Under the pieces are notes generated by a model that did no database searches, had not been told where the DNA came from, and saw only the letters and a program-made list of their open reading frames with translations. The position numbers were made by a program, and so were the translations under genes. A DNA stretch of 64,000 nucleotides from Ministeria vibrans ATCC 50519 (Eukaryota; Protista; Filasterea). Location: NCBI GenBank assembly GCA_943704425.1, contig CALSCP010000648.1:17359-81358 (forward strand), in the 5' to 3' direction. Positions 52,783 through 64,000 of this stretch are shown here, piece by piece (position 1 is the first letter of the stretch; each line of letters starts with the position of its first letter).

Positions 52783-53968
52783 TTACAAGGAGAAGGCCCA
52801 GGCGGTGAGAGGAACAAGAACAACTGCCGCGAGAATGTACGAGAAGCGTCTTGAGACGCGAATGTGACGTTGGAGCAGCGTAATCTCGTCCACAAGACGG
52901 GCGCGGCGAGATGGCATCTCCAACCAGGTCTGGTAGATGATGCTATGACCGGGAATAAACGGGGCGGCCCACAGCGATGCGTCATCACAGTCGCGCGGGA
53001 TGGTCGGGAGGGGCGGGAGGCGCTGGCCAAAGAGCGCGCGCAGACGAAACAGAAGTGACACTTGGAAGAGTTGGTGCATGAGACGCTGTAGTTCGGACTC
53101 GAGCTGAGCAAGAGGCATGGTACGCAGAGGGTCATCGTCGGCGCGGGCCACGGTGGTCTCAGTGGTTGCTGTGGGCTCCTCTTCGTCTTCTTCGACGTCC
53201 TCTACCTCTTGCACTGTAGCAACAGTGAGTCGGTCTGCTTCAACGCGTGTTTCAACAATGCGCACGCGTGCGAGCATGCGGGTCGAGCACACAATGCGCC
53301 CGTCAGGGTACTCGGCGTGCTGTTCAATGTCGCACAGGGTACCCGTACGGTTCAACAAGAGAGTCGTGGCGCCTCGTGCTGCGCCCTCTTGGTTGCCAGC
53401 CAGTCGTGCAAGACGTTCAGCGTCGCTGGCGCGTGCCAAGGCGCGCTCATTGAGCAGCCCCAACGCCTTGCGCGACACAACGACAAAGGGCGAGCCAGAC
53501 GCAATGCACCGGCGTGCCAATGCCACGTAGCGCGGCTCGTAGAAGTTAAAGACGGCCCGCTGCCCTGGAAAGTAGATGCCTTCCTCGAAGACAGGCACGT
53601 TGTCGCGGCGCTGGTCGCTAAGCGTGTCGTCTGCGACCTCTTTTGTGCGTTCGTCGTACTCCTCTGCAAAATGCTCCTCGATCACCTTCTCCAGCGCCAC
53701 TGTGACCCTGCTCTGCCGCGTCACTTTGCATGGGGCTCGGCACAGCGGACAGCTTGGCGTCCGGCGACACGCAGCCACAAGACAGTGGCGGCATAGCGAG
53801 TGGCCTGTCACAGAAGGAAAGAGACAGTGTGTGAGTGAGAGCAAAACTGACAGCTCAAATTTTTGAATTATTTTGTGTACCGCAGGGAACGGTCACGGGA
53901 CGAAGCATAAGTTTAAGACACAAGGGACATTCTAAGTGCTCGCGCATGCGAGTCTGGTCCACGTCCAT
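52783..53968 (-). CDS. RING finger + LON N-terminal (substrate-binding) domain protein, LONRF-like (2 exons)
   Basis: ECPLCLKLMLRPVTVPC|GHSLCRHC..CPLCR (C3HC4 RING); VPVF..IYFPGQ..FNFYEPRYVALARRC, GTLCDI, PDGR (LON-N). Confidence 0.9.
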
Positions 53969-54527
53969 GTTGAAATTAAATTATTTTGATTTGATTGATC
54001 TTGAATGAAAATGAAAAAGCCTCTTTTATTCGTCTTCTTGTCAAGGTGAGTCTTCGTCGCTGGCGTGCCCCCAGTCGGCGTCCCCCCACGAGGCCCTCTC
54101 GCCCTCTAAGCATGCGTCTAAGCGTGTCTTGTCTGAATCCTTTTCCCTCTGCTTTCCTGCTCTCTCTCTCTCTCTCCCGCCCCCCTGCTACATGCCGTTT
54201 GAACGTGTACTCTCGACATGCACCCAAGCAGCGCTTGAGCATGTGTCCACAAATTGTCCACACGAGATTTTTTTTTTTTCTTTTTTTTTTTTTGGTTTCC
54301 GTTCTCTCTCTCTCTCCACGTGAAGCGCTCGTAATCCCTCGCGCGCGCATGTCGTGGCGTCCACCCCTTGAGCCGACGCCTTCCCCGCCTCCCACTCCCG
54401 CGCAATCGCTCTCCTTTGCTGACTCTCATTCCTTTTTTTCTTCTTTTTTTCTCTCTCAGGTAGACCAAATCTCGTCCGCTTTTCTGCGTCCTTGTCAACC
54501 GTCACTCTTTCCGACAAGATTCTTAAA

Positions 54528-55519
54528 ATGTCCGGGGGTCAATCAATCCTTGCTCCGTCCAGCGATGACATCAAGAAGGTAAGTTTTTTTTTTTTTGTGT
54601 GTTAGTGCACTAATGTGAATTCACTTCCCATTCGTTTCTCTTTATTTTTTTGAAGATGCTTGCTGCCCACGTTCACCTGGGCACCAAGAACTGCGACCCC
54701 AACATGGCGTCGTACGTCTACAAGCGCCGTGCGGACGGTGTGTTCCTCATCAACCTCCACAAGACGTGGGAGAAGATGATGCTTGCTGCGCGTGTCATTG
54801 CCGCCATTGAGAACCCCGCCGACATTGCGGCCATCTCAGCGCGCCCGTACGGCATGCGTGCCGTGCTCAAGTTCTCGACGCAGGTCCAGGCGACGTCGTA
54901 CGCCGGCCGCTTCACGCCCGGTAACTTCACCAACCAGATCCAGAAGGCGTTCCGCGAGCCCCGTCTGCTTGTCGTGACTGACCCGCGCACGGACCACCAG
55001 CCCATCCGTGAGGCGTCGTACGCTAACATCCCCACCGTTGCCTTCTGCGACACCGACTCGCCCCTCAAGCACGTCGACGTGGCCATCCCTTGCAACAACA
55101 AGAGCATCCACTCGATTGGTCTTATGTGGTGGTTCCTTGCTCGTGAGGTCCTCCGCCTCAAGGGCGCCATCTCGCGCACCGAGGAGTGGGCCATCATGCC
55201 CGATCTCTTCTTCTTCCGTGACCCCGAAGAGATTGAGAAGGACGAGCTCCGCGCGCGCGAGCAGGCCCAGCAGGCCGCCGCTGCGCCTCTGGCCGCCGCC
55301 GCCGCCGACGAGTGGGGCAGTGAGCAGCCCGTCGACGCCGCCGCCGCCGCTCCGGCCTCGGGCGAGTGGGGTGACGCTGCCCCCGCCGCTGCCTTCACCA
55401 CGGCTGCTCCCGTTGGCGCCGCCGCTCCCGAGTGGGGTGGTGACTCCCAGCAGTGGGCCGAGTGGAACTCCCAGCAGCCCCCGGCCGCCGCCCAGCAGCA
55501 GCCCCAGCAGTGGCAGTAA
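54528..55519 (+). CDS. RPSA: 40S ribosomal protein uS2/SA (one coding intron plus a probable 5'UTR intron 54046-54459)
   Basis: [58 protein letters not shown]; Trp-containing acidic C-terminal repeats; strong C3 codon bias. Confidence 0.98.
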
Positions 55520-55672
55520 ATCCACACTATGAAGATGTGGTGGTCTAATACACACACGCTTTCTTTGATGTCAAAAAACCTGAATCGTACATGTTTGTCA
55601 AAGTCAATTGAGAGTGATTGTTTGATTTTGATTAGGTTTGATTTTTGAGTCACAGTTTTTATTCATTTCCCA

Positions 55673-56135
55673 ATGTCTGCACTTGTCAACCTCACTCGCC
55701 ATTTCCCTGTCGTTGTACGGCAGCACGTCGAGTGGGGTGCCATGGACGCCTACCAGCACGTCAACAACGTCAATGTACGGCTAGGACTGCGCTTAAGGAA
55801 CTTCAAACTTCAAACGCTGAATGAATCCTTTTTGAACAGTATTTTCGCTATTTCGAGAATGCCAGGTTGAAGTACTTCTCGGAGATTGCCTCAGACGAAT
55901 TAGTGGACGCCGAGTTGCGCAAACATTTCATTAACGGGACAGGAATCGGTCCGATTTTGGCCAACACCGACTGCAAATATAAGTACGAATTGTATTATTG
56001 TGTGGACGTCTCTCGTCCATTCTCATCGGCACTCGATTCAGGTTCCCTCTGACGTTCCCCGACTCGATTTCGATTGGGTGTCGTGCTGATCATATTTCCA
56101 AGGCGGGCTTTACTATGATATATCGGTAGGTGTGT

Positions 56136-56169
<34 letters not shown>

Positions 56170-56654
56170 TGTGTTGTGTTGTGTTATGTTGTGTTGTGTG
56201 TGTGAGTGTGTGTGTGTGTTGTGTTGTGTTGTGTTGTGTTATGTTGTGTTGTGTGTGTGTGTGTGAGTGTGTGTGTGTGTGTGTGTGTGGGACGGCACCC
56301 CCCAGTCCGCACTTGGTCCCGCTGCAGCAGTGCTTCACGCCTGCCCTGAGGGCCCTCTCTATCTGCTTCCACAAAGGGGCTCTATCACACTCATAGCAAC
56401 ACACACATACACTCTCTTCTTGCCTATGTGACACTCGCCATCTGCTTCACATTGGTGTGTTGATTCGGTGTTTACGGCGTTGTCTGTGTAGAGTTGTGTC
56501 CGAGACACACAATCGCATTGCAGCCGAGGGAACAGGCAAAATTGTGAGTTATGACTACGGACTTGGAAAGAGAGCAGATCTGCCAGAGAGTGTTCTTGAG
56601 GCGGTGTATCGTCTCGAGAAGAAGTGTAGTGGAGAGGCGAGTAGTAAACTGTAA
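55673..56654 (+). CDS. Hotdog-fold acyl-CoA thioesterase (4HBT/YbgC-FadM type, 4 exons)
   Basis: VEWGAMDAYQHVNNVN|YFRYFENAR, GIGPILANTDCKYK|FPLTFPD, AAEGTGKIVSYDY. Confidence 0.92.
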
Positions 56655-56906
56655 GATTCCGGATTGTCCTTCCCGAGTCCCGACAGGGAATGAGTGCCTG
56701 TGTAGTGTGTGAAACTCAGTTAGGCTGTTTCCGACCCAAAGTCAGACATAACTTGTATTATTCTGTCTTGTGTTTTGATTGAGCTTTGAGTTACTTACAC
56801 TAAATCTTTACTATTTCGACTGATATGACAAATTAATATTAAATAACAGTGAATAACAAATTAACAATTATTTTATTGCTTTCCCGTCTCCCTCGTACCT
56901 ACCAAT

Positions 56907-57858
56907 ATGGACAAGGCAGACTGCGTCCCCCTGGGCCACCTCCTGAACGCCCCCAAGAAACAATATGTTGTTTACAGTACGTCTCTCAGTCTCCGCATTG
57001 CCTCCACTCCCCCGCCTCTTTCCACCTCACGTCGTGATGGCAACACGTCCCTCCTTGTTCGCTGCGGCGTCCCCTGGCTGTGTTTGCCAATGCCAACCAC
57101 TCCAAACACACTCAAACACACTCCATCACTCTCGCTGTGCTTTGCGCAGTCTTCCAGGAGGCTTTTCGCTACCGCCACACCACAGTCCCCTCGTCAGTAT
57201 TACAGTCTGTAGCGGAAGCCTTAAAAATCGACGAAGACGACGCCGCAGAGGTTCGAATGAGCTCAATTGAGGACACTTTATTGATCGAGGGGGGTTTTTT
57301 TCCTTTGATTTTGCAGCTTTTTCGATCGTGCAAGAAAGTCGTTGCTGAAGCGCTGTTCGAGAACCTTGGGCCGGTGCAGGTTGCCGATTTGTTTCCCAAG
57401 AAGTTCCACAAGGATTTGCGTGAGTTGATTGCGGCAGTGGTGAGCGACGGACTGCCCAAGTTTAGAGAAGAAGCGACGCTCGGAATGGTATATTATAATA
57501 CTAATAAGAATAATAGATATTATAGTAATAATTATTGTGATGATGATGCAAGTTGTCTCCTTCCTTGCTGAACACCCCCTCCTCCCCCTCTTTGTCTACG
57601 TGTCGTTCTTCCTAGGTATCATTGCCGAAACTCGAATCGTTTGACTGGCGAGTGGACATCAAGTCGTCGGCAGATGCGATTGCGCGCATGGCACAACCGT
57701 CGGCTATTGTCGACATGAAGGTGCGCGAGGCAGCAACGTCGTCCGAACAGCTCGCAGGCGTGCGGTCGGTGCGGTTTGAACTCAACCGCGAGACCCTTGA
57801 TACCATGTTGGATGGCTTGACCAAGATTAGGGATCAAATGGCGTCCGTGGCAGAGTAG
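56907..57858 (+). CDS. COMMD9: COMM domain-containing protein 9 (4 exons)
   Basis: VSLPKLESFDWRVDIKSSADAIARMAQPS...ELNRETLDTMLDGLTKIRDQMASVA matches the COMMD9 COMM domain. Confidence 0.92.
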
Positions 57859-57919
57859 ATTGAAAATACTTTGCGAGATTGGTTGTTCTTTTCTTTCTTT
57901 CTTTTTGCTACTGTTCGTT

Positions 57920-60285
57920 CTATTCAGTGAGAAGGACATTGTAACGGCCGTCAAGGATAAGGCCGTGGGGAAGGGAGACGACGTCGCCTGCTTCGTTGCG
58001 GAGGGTGAGCGGGGTGCGTGGAGGGAGGCGCAGGACAGAGCAGACGGAGGCGAGGCAGGCAGGGGCCGGCGTGGAGGCGTCGAGGACGAGCGCCTCGGTG
58101 CGCACGACTGTCTCGGGGTTGATACGGTCGCGAAGATACAGGTAGATGCGGACGGGGACTGCTGCTGCTGCTGCTGCTGTTGCGGCTGTTGATGATGATG
58201 AGGTCGTTGTTGTGGCGGGCATGGTGGTGGGGGTAGATGCAGTGGAGGGAGTGTTGGTGGCTGCGTGCTGCTCGCGTGGGGGTGAGCCCTCTGTTCGTGT
58301 GTGAGTTGTGTGTGTGTGTGTGTGTGTGAAATAGACTGGTCTTACCGTAGAACTGTTGTTGTTGGTGTTGATAGTGTTGTTGGTAGTGCTGTTGGGGCTG
58401 GGGCTGGGGTGGGTGGTGGGGCTCGCGAGGCGGCAGTGGCTGCTGAGGGAGTACAACGGAGTGGGGAAGGAGAGCATCACGAGGCACTTCGACTGTGAGC
58501 ATGCGCTGTTGCTGCTGCTGTGAGTCAGTCTCAGGGGTGGCAAGAGCGACCTGGCCCGACAGCGCAAGTGCATTGACCATGGCGCGCATGGAGTCAAACA
58601 CGACGACGCCTGTCGTCTCAAGGCCACTGCTCGTGTCACTTCCCTGGCTGCTGTGCGCATAATGCTGTGCGCGACTGCTTTCGATGCTGATCTGTGTAAT
58701 TTTTCCGCATCGCGACAAAACCTGCCGGAGGGCGTCCTCACTGGCCCATTCGGGAATGTTGCGTACTGTCACCTTTGCCTCAACGGGAATGCCTGCACGA
58801 CAAGTTGCACAGTGTTAGAGTAATGCTTGTCAACGTTAGGGACACAGTTTATGTTCAACAGAAAGTGATAGAGAGTGAGGAAACAAAAGAGAGATGTTAT
58901 TCTCACCGGCAATCAGCGTGGGCGTTGTCATTTCGACAATGGCATTGGGAAAGGACTGTGCGATCGACTGCGGTGCATTGTCGTGTGCGTCACGCGCACT
59001 GTCCACATTCACAAACTCAACCTGTCGCACGCACCCAAAGAAGAAAAAATCAGTTTTAATTTACGTTGTTTTCGAATTGTACCCAACAACGGCCGGTGGA
59101 GAAAGACTCATTGTGGATCGACTGCAGAAATAGCCATTGTATGGGACCGAATTTGGAAAGTTGCGAGTGGATTTCTTGTTCTTTGAGGAGAGGACTGAGA
59201 CGGGAAATGCGAATGGTCGCAGGAGGGAAGAAGGAGCGTAGAGGAGGGTCTATGGGAAGAGGTGAGTGGATAATGAGAAGTGGTTAGTACATAGTGAATA
59301 TATAATTATAATTATTATAATTATTATAATTATTATTATATATTTACCTCGTTGGAAGGAGGGGCGAGGAGGGTGTTGGGGGGAGGGAGGGCGACGGGCA
59401 TAGGGAGGGGAGGGAGGACGCTGGTGGTGATGGGGATGGTAGGAGTGTGGGGGGGAGGGGCCACGGGGGTTGTTGTGATGGGGAGGAGGGAAGTCGTCAG
59501 GGCGATGGTGAGGATGGTGATGAGGGGGGTGGTGGTGATGGGAGTGGTGTGGCGGAGACGGGGGGCGCCGGTGAGATGATGGTGGGGGCGAGTGACGCAT
59601 TGAACGGGCTCTTCTGCGCTCTTCAAGATCACGTTCGTCGTATTGGCGGCCGCTGTGGCGCAAAGATGGAGAGCCGGCGGGGGGTGGGCGGGAACGGCCA
59701 CCGTCGCGGGAGGGGGAGGAAGGGCGCGGCTGTGACGGACCCGTTGCTGCTGAGGACGACGGGGGTGGTGCGCCGGACGACGATGTCGAGTGTGAGCGCA
59801 TTGGCGGAGGAGGAGAGCGCGAACGCGAGCGCGAACGACGGGGAATGTACTGATCAAACCGCCCGTCACGATACGCCGAGTCCCACAGACCCTTGGGAAT
59901 CTCAATAACAACCACTTGACCACAGAGAGTGAGCGAGCCGCGACGGCCAAGCACACGCAGAACTGACTCGGGCGACTCATAGTGTACATAGGCACAGTGT
60001 CGATGCTCCATGTGTTCAATCAGCTCAATCTTGCCATACTTGCTGAATTCGTTCCACAAATCCCGTTCAGTTGTTTCCCGTGACAATTTTCCAATGAAAA
60101 CGTTGTTGACGCGTTGAGGTTCTGGATAGAGAGAGGAAGGAGGGAGAACGAAACAAGTGACACAGAGTGAGAAACAAAGTGATACAAAACGAGAGAGAGA
60201 AATAGCGAAAGAAACAAAGCAATACAGCAAGAATAAAGCGAGTGAGTGAGTGAATGAATGAATGAATGAGACGTGACAGTGCGTA

Positions 60286-60331
<46 letters not shown>

Positions 60332-60950
60332 ACATTCTACAAGTCGGAGCGTCAGCAGTCTACAGGCACCTTCAATGAAAGACCCGATCCAGCAGCCGAG
60401 TGCCGCTGAGAAGCCGTCAGGAATGAGAGAGACACAGAGCAGAAAATGGCCACGCGAAATTTGCAAAAACCAAAAAACACACATTGCTCCGGTTTGGCCG
60501 ACAGACGAGCGCTTGTGACGCATCATGGACGCACGATAGTCAAGAACACCACAAGCTGAGCAGATTCAGAGTAGCGCGAGCGCGGCAAGACCCTCTTGGC
60601 GGTCGTGAGGGATCATCAAACGATTTTTTTTCCTCTCTCTCTCTCTCTGCTGTCTCTCTCAACTCACCTCCACGCAGAAAGTACTTGCTTGTGCGCACTT
60701 TGAAGCCGCACACAACCAGCTTGCGCTCCTTCAAGACATGCTCGGCGGACGCGGGCGACGTAAACTGCACAAAGGCACAGCGAGCGCGATTCTTCTTGAT
60801 GGGCAGAAAGCGGATTTCGTCGATGGCTCCAAAGGGGCGCAGCGCATCCTCCAGATCGCGGACTTCCGCGCGATCGGGGATGCTTCCAACCATGACAGTG
60901 TAGCCGACACGCAGCTCGTCCTTGCCCGGCGGCCTTGACGACCCTTGCAT
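57920..60950 (-). CDS. Four-RRM RNA-binding protein with RS/Pro/His-rich linker and small C-terminal domain (multi-exon)
   Basis: RRM1 VMVGSIP..CAFVQF; RRM2 VFIGKL..CAYVHY; RSRSRSRSP and poly-His/Pro; RRM3 IRISRL..RCW|VEF; RRM4 VTVRNIP..GVVVF. Confidence 0.82.
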
Positions 60951-61127
60951 GTTTCGTTGGCAGTCGCAGATGGAAAATTAGTAAAATCATTTCATTCTAA
61001 TGTCACTTTTGAATCAACGGCACGATCAACCGAGTGATCGTTGAACAGCCCAGTGAGTAGAATCAGCAATTATTACATCAAGCGTGAAGCGACAAGCATG
61101 CGGCCCGGAGCAAAAAGAACGTTCCCT

Positions 61128-61181
<54 letters not shown>

Positions 61182-61261
61182 GATGATTTAGATGATTCAC
61201 ATTAGACAAGTCATTTATTTTATTGATTTCTCTTATTTGACTACCTGTGGCACGAGAACGT

Positions 61262-61417
61262 ATGGTTGGTAGACCTGGAGTGCGGCTATTGGCGGGGCTG
61301 GTTTGGGTTGGCATGTTTGCCGTGTCGACCCATGCCGCCACAACCACGTCGGCCACAGCGCCGGATCGCGTCAACGTCGACGCCTTCCGCACCCACATCG
61401 AGTACGTACACCGTTGC

Positions 61418-61448
<31 letters not shown>

Positions 61449-63438
61449 GAGCGCGAGAGCGATACGGCGCGGTGGGCGTGAGACACTGACGGTTGCCATG
61501 GCTGTAGAGACTTGACGCAACACTCGGGGAGCGTGCAGTTTGAAGAGGCCTTTGCGCTCTACGCCGAGGTACGTCCTGGCTTCTCTCCTTCCCTCTCAGC
61601 CGTGGGTTGCGTACTCTTGTTGGTGTGGTGGGTGGCATTGGTGTTGGGGGTTGTTTCGATGGGCTGCGCTGTGGCACTTGAACCGCTCATCCAGAATGAT
61701 CATATTTTGCTCATCAGGAGGCGCAAAAGGGCGAAATGGCACTGCCGGCCAACGAGTGGGCCGTTATGTGTGTACGCATTGCACACATGTTCTTGAATGC
61801 GAGCAACGCCGAGCGCGGTCTTGAGTACGCCGAGAAGGCAATTGCCGCCGCAACGGATCCGCTTCCCAGGTATCATAGGATGTTTTATTCATGTATTTGA
61901 ACATCTCTTCTCTTGTAGTGCTCTCAATGCCAAAGCAAAGGGTTTGCTTGCACTGGGTAAGGCGCAGGAGGCGCTGAAGACGTACATTGACGCGATCACA
62001 GCCGCACACTCGGACTTTGGCAAGGACGTTGTTGAGGGCTGTCTGGGCGTCGCCAATGTGTTCATTCTGGCCGAGCGACACGCCGACGCCATCACATGGT
62101 TGCGCCATGCTGTCAATGCCGACGTGAACCGCAGCGAAAGTTGGACTCTCTTGGGACTGGCGTACATGCGCAATAGCTCTGTCACCCCTGCAATCAGTTG
62201 TTTCGACAATGCACTGCAGCTTAGTGACCCGCCTGAGAAGAGCCCACAAGACAAGAAGAAGACAAAGCCCTCAGAGTCCACTGGGCCCAAGAGCGACCCG
62301 TCCATGCCCCACCCCGCTGCGTATGCCTGCTACAATCTTGCAAAGGCTCTGGCACTGCGTGCTAGCGGCAAAGACACCCACAAAATCACTCTTTCCGAAG
62401 CAATGGTAGCCGAGTCAGAGAGAAGCAACAAAGTGATAGAGTGAGCGAGTGTGAGTTTGTGAGATATATAAGAGAGGAGGCAAAGGGAGACAGAAGAGCA
62501 TGACAAGAGGGATGTGTATGCAACTTCAATTTCCCACTGCTTACTTACTCCTCCAATTGTTGTGTCCAGGTACCAAAGGGAGCCGAAGGGCCATCGCGCG
62601 CACACCGACACGCGGACGACCCTAACAAGCAGCGCATTGCGGATCTTGAAGATGCGCGTGCTCTGTACGAGCGCGCGCTCACTCTCGATCCCTCCTTTCC
62701 TCCAACCTATCTGAATCTTGGGAATCTTTTGCTCTTTCTGGTACTTGCACACATTCGACCCATCTCTCTTTGCATCATCTCAACACACTGACTGGTATCC
62801 TCATTTTGTTGGTACTAGGAGGACAAACCAAAGGCCCTGGAAGTGTGGGAAAAAGGGATTAGCAAACTGCCCCACTCGCGCGCAGTGCTCTCTCTACTCG
62901 TCAATGCGGGCACACTCTGCTCTGAGATGGATCGCGAACACGACGCAGTCGAGTACTACTCGCGTGTGCTTGATCTCGATGACTCTTTGGATGCCGTCTG
63001 GTACAACAAGGTTCGGAATACCACACAGTCAGGACTGAAGTGTTTGTCACCCTTACTTTTGATTCTCCTTTTTCTATCTCTTTTTCTTCTTTCTATTCCA
63101 TCACTTTCTTTCTCTCTACTCTCTTTCTCTCTCTCTCTCTTTCTCTGGGGTGTGGGGGTTTGTGGGTAAAGGCGATGCTCTGTGCGCGCCTGAACCGTCC
63201 GGTCGAGTCTGGCGCGGCTCTGGCACGCGCGGCCAAACTGCGACCCGACCTGTATGGCAAAGTAACGACCCTCGTGAGCAGTGCCAGTGACGAACCTGTG
63301 AGCCCTAACAGCGGTGGGACGGAGATGGAGCGCAATGCAGCCACAATGGAAATGCGTCGGTTGCTCACACTGCGCAAGGAAGATAGTGATGTCGATGATG
63401 GACAACAGCCCGACGTTGGTGCCCGTGAAGATTTGTAA
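61262..63438 (+). CDS. TPR-repeat protein with signal peptide and C-terminal REDL (probable ER-lumenal)
   Basis: Hydrophobic N-terminus LLAGLVWVGMFAVSTHA; TPR-like units (ALNAKAKGLLALG, SWTLLGLAY, TYLNLGNLL, VWYNK); ends GAREDL*. Confidence 0.8.
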
Positions 63439-63583
63439 GAGTGAGAGAGAGATTATTTTTCCTGTTTGTTTCCACAATAAATTTATTGAATATTTTCTTT
63501 GTTATTTTTCTGCATTTCATGAGAAGAAAACACAGAAGAAGAGTGCGCAAAAAATAGTAGAGAAAGAGAGAGAGAAAGAAATC

Positions 63584-64000
63584 TCACCACTCACCACTAA
63601 ATCGCTGCACGAGCGACTGTTGAGCGTGCAGATCCTTTTGGACCTTCTTCCGCATATAGAAAATAGGACAATCACAACTAAAAGGGTACATAATGAGAAG
63701 ACTTGTTAGCAGCTGTGCCTTAGACTCCTCTGTCTTTACATATGTACTCCTCTCTCAAAGTATATCTGTATGCATGTACCTTGTGCAGAGAACATCTTCG
63801 TGAAGACTGCCCTGGCATCGCTGGCACTGCGTCCACAAACGACTGAAGCGGTCCTCCAACTCACCAAGTCCCTCAATCTACATGGCCGTTTTTTTATCAT
63901 TCTATCTAACAATTTGCTTTTATACGTACCTCTTTTTGGTAAATAGCAGACTCGTTAGACTTGCAATGTGTGCACACGGCGTCCTCTGTGTCAAAAAAAA
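63584..64000 (-). CDS. POLD1: DNA polymerase delta catalytic subunit, last three exons (partial)
   Basis: [17 protein letters not shown]| ..[26 protein letters not shown]|[23 protein letters not shown], i.e. the CysA end plus CysB motif. Confidence 0.95.

Noticed and set aside
54046-54459. Possible intronic snoRNA in the RPSA 5'UTR intron (and in the long SAP30 and SCAMP introns)
   Set aside because: No convincing C/D or H/ACA box arrangement seen by eye; would need an Infernal or snoscan search.

Overview
A gene-dense, intron-rich eukaryotic nuclear window. It has short GT-AG introns, at least two likely GC-AG introns, abundant microsatellites, three N-gaps and the standard genetic code. 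About 36 protein-coding loci can be reconstructed by manual splicing. Conserved genes include OTUD6, SGTA, METTL9, ENTR1, SAS10/UTP3, NEK11, SCAMP, ELP6, SLU7, SDA1, SAP30, cpRas, a DDHD phospholipase, a RING-LON protein, RPSA, COMMD9 and the 3' end of POLD1. SAP30, Rab22, LYRM7, POLD1 and a CFAP107-like gene are not evident in the ORF track because their exons are small. The gene repertoire suggests a flagellated unicellular Amorphea, possibly holozoan-like (inference). Most notable observations: (1) an isochorismatase-GST-C2H2-AlkB four-domain fusion with catalytic residues apparently intact; (2) a circularly permuted Ras-ZnF-VWA gene; (3) an inverted pair of paralogous, divergent non-RD kinases; (4) a 3.3-kb block with truncated genes at both ends, bracketed by a direct AAAATCAGG(A)n repeat; (5) a degenerate upstream duplicate of NEK11 exon 1; (6) a dispersed ATCACTTTGTTTCTTTCT(CT)n repeat family. 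I saw no rRNA, tRNA, CRISPR array or autonomous transposon. All family assignments come from recalled motifs, not database searches.
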